Positions 8,101-13,450 of a DNA stretch of 13,450 bases are shown here, piece after piece; position 1 is the stretch's first letter; each line of letters starts with the position of its first letter. The stretch is from a virus. Its lineage: Duplodnaviria > Heunggongvirae > Uroviricota > Caudoviricetes. The translations under genes and the position numbers were made by a program. The stretch spans positions 64,001 to 77,450 of the IMG/VR virus record IMGVR_UViG_3300035184_001394; one strand, written 5' to 3'. The notes beneath the pieces are model-generated. The model saw only the letters and a list, made by a program, of their open reading frames with translations. It was not told the DNA's origin and ran no database searches.

Positions 8101-11100
8101 ATTAGTTGCTGTTGATACTATAACATGGTCAGATCCTGCAATAGCTGATATATCACCAAATGGTACAAACGCTAAAAATCAATTACAATCTAATAGAGAA
8201 TTCGTACAAGAAGAAACAATAGCGTGGATTGAAGATAATTATTTCGCATACGATGGTAAAAAATGTTCTAGAGATGTTGGATTAATTATAGATTCAGTTA
8301 GGCGTGACGTTCTTACAGGTTCAAACTTTAACGCAGTTTTCGCAGGGTTAGCATATCGTTCAGGAAATGCTTCAGCTGAAGAAGTTATTACTACACAGTT
8401 AACACAAACTCTTGGTGCAATAAATTGGGTAAAAGATAAAGTTGTTGCTAAGTTAACTGGTTCTTCTGCTGTAAGAGCAACTGATGCGTTTAGTGAAATT
8501 ATTGATATAATGACAAATGGAACTAGTTCGGCTGATACTGTAAACTTCGGTTCTGTTGTAATTAACGCGAATACAGAAAATGCTGTTAATGTGCTACAAC
8601 TCAATAGGGCATTCTTCCAAGCAGAAATTACAGCTTGGTTAGCAAATGAATATCCAACACTAACTTACGATGTCGCTAAGTGCGAAAGAGATGTTGGTTA
8701 CTTGGTTGATTCAGCAACTTGGGATATCAAAAATGGTTCTAACGCAGGGTCAGTAAATAATGCGAGATTATATTTCGATAATGCTGTGAGTGTTTTACAA
8801 GAAGATCAAAAGGTAATCACATCAAAAGCGTTTAAACATTTATCAGAAGTTGCTTATTTAGTCGTTCAAGATGTATTAGTTACGCCGAGTACTGGTAATG
8901 GTGTAACTCAAGACACGACATTAGGTAATTCGGGTATTACTACTGCTGACGACGTTAGAGACCTAATTGAAATAGTTGCATTCACTATTAGAAATGACGA
9001 TTTTGATGTTATTCCAACTTATATCGAACCTAGTTCTGAGAGTGCTCTATACACTACAGCAGCAAAAGAAATTAATGGCATTAAAGCTTCAAGTCAATCG
9101 GGTGTTATAACATTTATAGCAGAAACGTTTAATGGTTTATCTTATAACAAAGCGTTATGCCGAAGAGATGTTGGTTTAATAGTTGACGCAGTTTCGAAAG
9201 ATATTGAATATGGATATAATAACTCTACAATTGATGCTGCAAAATATTATTTCAATAACGCAGTTAATATTTTACCAGAAGATCAAAGACTTCCAACTAG
9301 ATTAGCGTTTGAGCACCTAGGTGATACAGTTAGAAACGTAGTTCAAGAGATTTTAGTTACTAGAACTACCGGAAATATAGTCACGCAGGATACTACAGGG
9401 GCACCAGCTGATGCAACAATTGCTAATACTGTGCACGATTTAATTCAGATTATTGCAGATTTAGTTGATAACAGAACAGAAGGTACTCTTCCAACATCTG
9501 GTTCTATATTATCAGATCCAAACAGAAAGGTTGCCCGCGAAAATCTTCAAGCTAATAGAACATTCTTGCAAGCCGAAGTTGTTAATTACATTAATGACAG
9601 ATACCAAACAGACAGATATTTCACATATGATGAAGCTAAATGTAATCGCGACGTTGGTTATATTGTTGATGCAATCTCTCATGATATTCAATATGGTGGT
9701 AATTCTGCAACGTTGAATGCTGCAGGAATATATTTCAATAATGCAGTAAATGTTCTTCCCGAAGATCAAAGAGAACCAACAAGATTTGCGTTTGAGCATT
9801 TAAGCGAAGTTGTTAATAAAATAGTCCAAAGACAAACATTTGTTCCATCTGTTGGAAACGTAGAAGTTCAAGATTTAACTATCATTGGTTGTAATCCTGA
9901 TATTGGAGCTATAGCTAAAAAACTTGTCTTAATTATATCAAATATATCAGACGATGTCAACGACAATAATTTACCAGTTCGAGTAGATCCAACAGTAACT
10001 TGGGTTGATAATAATTACGTTGTATCTAAAGAATTAATAGAAGCTCAAGTTGAAGATTTGGCTGTACAAGTTATTAGTCATATCACAACGACTTACAACG
10101 GATTAAGTTTCCCTGTTGAAAAATGTCGTCGTGATATTGGTTTCTTAATTGATTCAGTATCGCATGACGTTCAGTATGAAACAAATTCAGCTACAAGAAT
10201 AGTTGCACAGATTTACTTTGAAAATGGAATCAGTGTACTACCGGTTGATACAAGAACACAAACTGCTGACGTGTACGCATATTTAGCTACAATATTCTCT
10301 AGTGTTATTCAAGAAGTTGATACACAAAATCCTACGTACACAATAACTGCTCAAGACTTTACAGGAACTGGAGCTTCAGCAAGTGAAGCAACTGAAGCTA
10401 GCAGTCTTGTTGGAATTGTTGAAGATGTTGTTAGAAATGATTCGCTTGATTCTGTTCCTGCATTACAAGAACCTAACTTATCGTGGGTTGCTACTGAATT
10501 TACAACTGCTGCTGACACAATTGATACTAATTCAGATACACTTGCTGACGATATTATCGAATGGTTAAGTACTGAATTTAACGTTCTTGATTATAACAAA
10601 GCTAAGTGCAAGCGTGATGTTGGTTACTTAGTTGATGCGTTTAGCTTTGACTTAAACTACGGTGGAAATACTGCTTCAAGATGGAATGCAGATTTCTACT
10701 TCTGGAATAATGTTTACAGAATCCCAGAATACCAACGCGAAGCAACTGCTAAGTCATATAGATATCTTGGCTTAATTTGTTCTAATATTGTTATCGGTGA
10801 ATATAAAGGTCAAAATAGAAGTAACGAATTAGGTACACTAAAAGAATCTCGCAAAGTGCAAGATCTCGCAAATATTTTTTATACAACTCAGATAAATAAT
10901 GATATAACCAAACTGCCTTTATTAGAGCAACCTGACTTTACATGGCAAGCAACGCAGTTTGTATTCTCAAGAGATATATTATCTAAGAATAAAATAACGC
11001 TAGCAGAAGAAGTTATAAGGTTTGTAAACTCAGAGTACAACTTTGTAGATATTAATTTAACGAGACGTGATGCAGGCAACTTATTGCAGTCTATATCAGA

Positions 11101-11842
11101 TGATTTCAGAGATTCGAACGCTGCGTTTAATACATTTGGTGGTCAAACATCAACAAGAACATTTACTGCTTCGTTATTCGATTATGACGGAACTCATGTA
11201 TTCCCTGTATTTAATTCTCAAACGAATGGATTAAAATATAGAGGTTCGGTTGGTGTAATTGAAGATTTACCAGCTGCTGGAAATAAACCGAACTACGCAT
11301 ATATAGTTGCAACAGATATTTCAACTAATCTATATGAAGGTGTAGTATATCGCTGGAATGGTTCTGCTTGGATTAGTGATGGAGTAAATAATACTGTATT
11401 GCTTGAAGCATTTTATAGATCATGGGAAAGAATAAGAGATTATATTAAAACAACGTATTCTCCTAGCAGTGCGCATAACGTAATGCTAGACGGATTGTTT
11501 AACGATATATTAATTTCAAATGTTCTTAGACCTGAAGTACTAACATTTGGTTCATTAGTTGAATCAATTGCTCACCAATTCAACGGTGCATCAGCCGGTG
11601 TAAACAGAAGAGCACTACCACTAAACTTTAGAAATTTAGGCCAAGCAATATCTGCTTCAGCTTCAGTATTATCAGAAGACGGTGGAAGAATAAGATGGTC
11701 TGGCGCTGATGAATTAAACAACCAATACTTTGCGCGCGGATTAAAAATTAACGGTAGAACTGGAAGAATTGAAGGTCGACCATTTACATCATCAGTTAGA
11801 AAACTTGCGAGACGCGCTTCTAATAGTAGAGCAAGTATTTAA
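5159..11842 (+). CDS. Giant (2227 aa) multidomain virion/tail-associated protein: anchor motif, pentapeptide repeats, beta-helix-like domain, ~10 phycobiliprotein-like helical repeats, conserved C-terminal segment
   Basis: Uninterrupted ORF with an RBS. The N-terminus 'MSKISELGPIT...EDLFVVV...TKKISRAEL' matches the KISEL-type anchor of phage tail proteins. 'VHVDSGGDDAYPGTILQPVRTLQRA' and 'SPYIRDCSQ' resemble beta-helix tail proteins of T4-like marine phages. The gene sits among tail genes. Virion localisation is inferred. Confidence 0.85.
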   Translation: MSKISELGPITGANTRSEDLFVVVNLLQGDDGTKKISRAELVQSIQYEDFDRISITGGTITSVIMTNSDLDDVRITESTFDSGSITTSSFTDGSISFSTANNITMVDSTFEFGDIDQSTFNNGEILNTTAANVSIENSTFNDGIISNTTISDSSANNVSLENSVFEDGVILNSSLVDFDMDLNNKYSQPVIDENSYFALKNAKTGETEQFSYKQFFSALAKTTEKALKVHVDSGGDDAYPGTILQPVRTLQRASELALEKAGGFYDRNDINNAVHISVGPGSYFLKESVLLPDDCSLSSTAGQYATLIEMERGYERTNGILVGSGCYVQGFGFMNFEVDNFDYPTTGFGVAYRPGALLRRSPYIRDCSQLSNFNRLDVEPPLQPFNSKGTISDLGTELVLDTDHSGLFLEGDEVTFSSGSAGFITYITDLPTENKIYVRNLNGVVGVGDMLYAESGGTGTINIVGPEDFPNPLVGRGGGCVLADRRVLDTDSLYTYVLCFGFTPRTQNGLGYVARNGAGINGIGSLSIFVRCAFYALDGGQMTLNNSGTQFGDISMRAKGSTKVFQPRSTSAVLIQDKAFADSLSENKDDIIADVVEFITSNTASGGLDYKAYDAEKCKRDSGIIIDSVGYDIALDSNYWGRLCGITYRSPISYVVVNEQLTETTGAINHLKVNVDTLFANSSNTISDRANTSFSEILNVLEYGEDYATPITFADTGVVARTASRELLQDNKELITEELIDWIEDNDEFFAYDSVKCRRDTTDYILPAVRYDMMLETNYNSVTAGNAYYMATAGKVVNNQKEETISAYTRLRDQTNEIIASTTSKTRSDAAFDEIVDILENGVTASDTIVFSDNSGISANRRNARIQLQNNRSYIQDHIMGYINDNYFIYSADKCERDIAEYILPAVQRDLVLGTNFNSIQTGIGYYSATASEVVNAQLTETSGAVTHLKGLVNSSVISDSNSILRTNAAFDEIIDIMNNGLVAVDTITWSDPAIADISPNGTNAKNQLQSNREFVQEETIAWIEDNYFAYDGKKCSRDVGLIIDSVRRDVLTGSNFNAVFAGLAYRSGNASAEEVITTQLTQTLGAINWVKDKVVAKLTGSSAVRATDAFSEIIDIMTNGTSSADTVNFGSVVINANTENAVNVLQLNRAFFQAEITAWLANEYPTLTYDVAKCERDVGYLVDSATWDIKNGSNAGSVNNARLYFDNAVSVLQEDQKVITSKAFKHLSEVAYLVVQDVLVTPSTGNGVTQDTTLGNSGITTADDVRDLIEIVAFTIRNDDFDVIPTYIEPSSESALYTTAAKEINGIKASSQSGVITFIAETFNGLSYNKALCRRDVGLIVDAVSKDIEYGYNNSTIDAAKYYFNNAVNILPEDQRLPTRLAFEHLGDTVRNVVQEILVTRTTGNIVTQDTTGAPADATIANTVHDLIQIIADLVDNRTEGTLPTSGSILSDPNRKVARENLQANRTFLQAEVVNYINDRYQTDRYFTYDEAKCNRDVGYIVDAISHDIQYGGNSATLNAAGIYFNNAVNVLPEDQREPTRFAFEHLSEVVNKIVQRQTFVPSVGNVEVQDLTIIGCNPDIGAIAKKLVLIISNISDDVNDNNLPVRVDPTVTWVDNNYVVSKELIEAQVEDLAVQVISHITTTYNGLSFPVEKCRRDIGFLIDSVSHDVQYETNSATRIVAQIYFENGISVLPVDTRTQTADVYAYLATIFSSVIQEVDTQNPTYTITAQDFTGTGASASEATEASSLVGIVEDVVRNDSLDSVPALQEPNLSWVATEFTTAADTIDTNSDTLADDIIEWLSTEFNVLDYNKAKCKRDVGYLVDAFSFDLNYGGNTASRWNADFYFWNNVYRIPEYQREATAKSYRYLGLICSNIVIGEYKGQNRSNELGTLKESRKVQDLANIFYTTQINNDITKLPLLEQPDFTWQATQFVFSRDILSKNKITLAEEVIRFVNSEYNFVDINLTRRDAGNLLQSISDDFRDSNAAFNTFGGQTSTRTFTASLFDYDGTHVFPVFNSQTNGLKYRGSVGVIEDLPAAGNKPNYAYIVATDISTNLYEGVVYRWNGSAWISDGVNNTVLLEAFYRSWERIRDYIKTTYSPSSAHNVMLDGLFNDILISNVLRPEVLTFGSLVESIAHQFNGASAGVNRRALPLNFRNLGQAISASASVLSEDGGRIRWSGADELNNQYFARGLKINGRTGRIEGRPFTSSVRKLARRASNSRASI
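5321..5695 (+). repeat. 25 consecutive pentapeptide repeats within the 2227-aa protein (aa 55-179)
   Basis: A hydrophobic or small residue falls at every fifth position without a gap: ITGGT/ITSVI/MTNSD/LDDVR/ITEST/FDSGS/ITTSS/FTDGS/ISFST/ANNIT/MVDST/FEFGD/IDQST/FNNGE/ILNTT/AANVS/IENST/FNDGI/ISNTT/ISDSS/ANNVS/LENSV/FEDGV/ILNSS/LVDFD. Confidence 0.8.
5843..6838 (+). other. Right-handed beta-helix (pectin lyase-like/DUF1565-type) domain within the 2227-aa protein
   Basis: It has the cap motif 'GDDAYPGTILQPVRTLQRA', 'ISVGPGSY', and short Gly/Asn-rich beta strands ('GSGCYVQGFGF', 'RSPYIRDCSQ', 'GGQMTLNNSGTQFG'). A small inserted beta module reads 'FLEGDEVTFSSGSAG...VGDMLYAESGGTG'. Fold assignment is by motif recall. 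Confidence 0.55.
6893..11524 (+). repeat. Tandem array of ~10 helical domains (138-161 aa period) with a conserved [Y/F]-x(3-4)-C-x-R-D motif
   Basis: Cys codons at 7010, 7427, 7841, 8264, 8681, 9158, 9641, 10124 and 10607 (C618, C757, C895, C1036, C1175, C1334, C1495, C1656, C1817). A tenth, degenerate copy has Thr (TRRD, codon 11060). Spacings are 139, 138, 141, 139, 159, 161, 161, 161 and 151 aa. Array boundaries are approximate. Confidence 0.92.
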
Positions 11843-11847
11843 TATAT

Positions 11848-11852
11848 AAGGA
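11848..11852 (+). promoter_or_regulatory. Shine-Dalgarno site for the 144-aa gene
   Basis: AAGGA lies 9 nt upstream of the ATG at 11862. Confidence 0.55.
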
Positions 11853-11861
11853 ACTCGGATA

Positions 11862-12296
11862 ATGCCAGCAAATACAATAATCACAACTATCAAAACATCT
11901 CAAGCCCCAGATGCAAAACCGATTGCAAAGAGTATAATACTTACAACAAATTGGCAAGTATTAATTGAAGTACCTAATTACGAAGTGCCAGAACTCGTAT
12001 TTGGTGGATCAACTACAGTAGAAAATGGTGTTGGCGAAGTTATTAGTCCATTAATATGTTGTAACATTACAGCTAACACCGCGACTGTAGATTTGCGAGT
12101 ACACAGACACGCAGATAATTTTGAATATTTTTTCTTAAGAAATTTACAAGTTCCCGCGTTTGATACAATACCAGTACCAATGAATGGACAATTCTTTAAA
12201 ACTGGAGATGTTTTGGAAATCATAAGTGACACTGATTTAGCAATACATGCTAATCTATCGTTTACGTTAGGCCAATCGGAGGAAGACGATGTCTAG
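11862..12296 (+). CDS. 144-aa beta-rich protein, probable structural companion of the giant protein
   Basis: It has an RBS and lies 19 nt after the previous stop. The pattern 'CNIT...VDL...[12 protein letters not shown]...[12 protein letters not shown]...ANLSF' resembles small beta-sandwich proteins that follow large beta-helix tail proteins in T4-like marine phages (from recall). Confidence 0.75.
   Translation: MPANTIITTIKTSQAPDAKPIAKSIILTTNWQVLIEVPNYEVPELVFGGSTTVENGVGEVISPLICCNITANTATVDLRVHRHADNFEYFFLRNLQVPAFDTIPVPMNGQFFKTGDVLEIISDTDLAIHANLSFTLGQSEEDDV
12278..12283 (+). promoter_or_regulatory. Shine-Dalgarno site for the collagen-like gene, embedded in the upstream CDS
   Basis: GGAGGA lies 5 nt upstream of the ATG at 12289, within the codons for the 'SEE' tail of the 144-aa protein. 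Confidence 0.65.
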
Positions 12297-13450
12297 TAGA
12301 TTTAAAGGAATAAGTGGTCGTACTACAACGCTGGGTCACGGTGTTCCTCAATCTTTCCCTATTCAGCTTGATCCTTCTCCGTTTGAAGGAGCAGTTGTAT
12401 ATACAACAACGGGTGAATTAAGATATTCAAATGGAACCAGTTGGCAAGAAATTTCTGGTGCACAAGGCACAATTGGTATTCAAGGTAACGCAGGAACACA
12501 GGGTCTTCAGGGAAATTATGGTCCAGGGTTTACAATCGTTGGATCAGTTGCCGATGCAAACGCAGGAGGTGACGCGCAACTAACACTTAATAGTGAATTT
12601 CCTACCGCAACTGTCGGTGAAGGTGTTATTGATGATTTATTGGATGAACTTTGGATTTACGACGGCATTAACTGGATAAATATAGGAAGTTTTCGTGGTG
12701 TTCAAGGTTTTACTGGTGTCCAAGGTACTCAAGGCGTACAGGGAGAGTTAGGTAACGAAGGTATTCAGGGTTCTCGTGGTTTTAGAGGCCTACAAGGTTT
12801 TCAGGGTATTCAAGGTACTCATGGTGTACAAGGTACACAGGGTATTCAAGGTTATAGTGGTGTTGACTCCGGTTTAGTTTTAGAATATAAAATGTCAAAT
12901 GACCATTTCGAAGCTGATCCAACTGTGTCATTTTTTAGATTTAATAACTCAGATATAACAATAGTTAATAAAATGTGGATTGACAACCAAGATATTTATA
13001 GTGTAGATTCTTCAGATTTTTATGAAGCATTAGATTTAGCAACTTCTGCAAATAAAGGCTATATAAAATTTACAATTAAAGGCGATGTTTCGAAATATGT
13101 CATATTTTCATATCAGGAAATATTAAATAATAATGGATATTTCGAATTTGATTTAACTTATCTTAGTGGTACTGCGTTAAAATCTGATTTTGTTTTAGGC
13201 TCAGGACCATTTACGTATAATAATACTATTATATCTTTTAGTTCTAGCGGAGACCAAGGAATTCAGGGCGTTCAAGGAATTCAGGGTGTTCAAGGAACTC
13301 AGGGTTTTGTTGGTATACAAGGTCTTCAAGGTGCACAAGGAGTCCAAGGAGTCCAAGGTTTTATTGGTGTACAAGGTAATACAGGAACTCAGGGTCTTCA
13401 AGGTGCACAAGGAGTCCAAGGAGTCCAAGGTTTTATTGGTGTACAAGGTA
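12289..13450 (+). CDS. Collagen-like tail fibre protein (3'-truncated; absent from the supplied ORF track)
   Basis: The ATG at 12289 overlaps the upstream gene by 8 nt and has a strong SD. The frame stays open to the window end (387 codons): [60 protein letters not shown]... Gly-X-Y runs at 12457-12528 (8 triplets), 12697-12867 (19) and 13249-13446 (22+) are separated by globular modules. Confidence 0.9.
   Translation, partial: MSSRFKGISGRTTTLGHGVPQSFPIQLDPSPFEGAVVYTTTGELRYSNGTSWQEISGAQGTIGIQGNAGTQGLQGNYGPGFTIVGSVADANAGGDAQLTLNSEFPTATVGEGVIDDLLDELWIYDGINWINIGSFRGVQGFTGVQGTQGVQGELGNEGIQGSRGFRGLQGFQGIQGTHGVQGTQGIQGYSGVDSGLVLEYKMSNDHFEADPTVSFFRFNNSDITIVNKMWIDNQDIYSVDSSDFYEALDLATSANKGYIKFTIKGDVSKYVIFSYQEILNNNGYFEFDLTYLSGTALKSDFVLGSGPFTYNNTIISFSSSGDQGIQGVQGIQGVQGTQGFVGIQGLQGAQGVQGVQGFIGVQGNTGTQGLQGAQGVQGVQGFIGVQG
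13321..13450 (+). repeat. Exact direct repeat with 72-bp period in the collagen-coding region
   Basis: 13321-13378 and 13393-13450 are identical over 58 nt (ggtcttcaaggtgcacaaggagtccaaggagtccaaggttttattggtgtacaaggta). The second copy is cut by the window end. Confidence 0.95.

Noticed and set aside
7010-10609. Reading the CxRD repeats as heme c (CxxCH) or metal-binding zinc-finger motifs
   Set aside because: Each repeat has a single conserved Cys with no second Cys or His at the required spacing. The wider helical pattern fits phycobiliproteins better.
6893-11524. Possible diversity-generating retroelement template/variable repeat pair
   Set aside because: Differences between similar repeats are mostly synonymous third-position changes, not adenine-specific. 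There is no non-coding template copy and no reverse transcriptase in the window.
81-12232. Other short alternative-frame and antisense ORFs in the track (e.g. 4134-4589, 8239-8604, 9465-9716, 11978-12232)
   Set aside because: All lie wholly inside long + strand genes and show no recognisable motifs. Stop-poor antisense frames are expected opposite long genes with biased codon usage.
13201-13446. Minus-strand 81-aa ORF with internal repeats ([17 protein letters not shown]...)
   Set aside because: It is the antisense shadow of the Gly-X-Gln collagen codons and the 72-bp duplication. The + strand frame has an SD, a start codon and a coherent product.
13249-13450. Possible CRISPR-like array in the short repeated 'caagg' units
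   Set aside because: The periodicity is 9 nt, in frame with Gly-X-Gln codons, and there are no unique spacers.
1-13450. tRNA, rRNA, intron, intein, homing endonuclease, stop-codon recoding or intrinsic terminator
   Set aside because: The window is almost fully coding, with long uninterrupted standard-code ORFs. I saw no cloverleaf, LAGLIDADG/HNH/GIY-YIG or intein motifs, and no GC-rich hairpin followed by a U-tract.

Overview
The window is a 13.45 kb AT-rich, + strand, tightly packed tail/baseplate structural module of a large T4-like (myovirus-type, probably aquatic) phage. Gene order: a 5'-truncated DUF4815/VrlC-like baseplate protein (<1-3906), a 60-aa coiled-coil protein, a 332-aa tail fibre with a peptidase S74 chaperone, a 2227-aa multidomain virion-type protein, a 144-aa companion protein, and a 3'-truncated collagen-like fibre (12289->13450) that the ORF track missed. 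The standout is the 2227-aa protein. After a pentapeptide-repeat segment and a beta-helix-like domain it carries about 10 tandem helical domains of 138-161 aa. By eye these align with phycobiliprotein subunits (globin-like fold). Nine keep the C-x-R-D motif that binds bilin in phycocyanin (Cys84/Arg86/Asp87). This suggests a possibly undescribed bilin-binding, pigmented virion protein. All family assignments come from remembered motifs; no searches were run.
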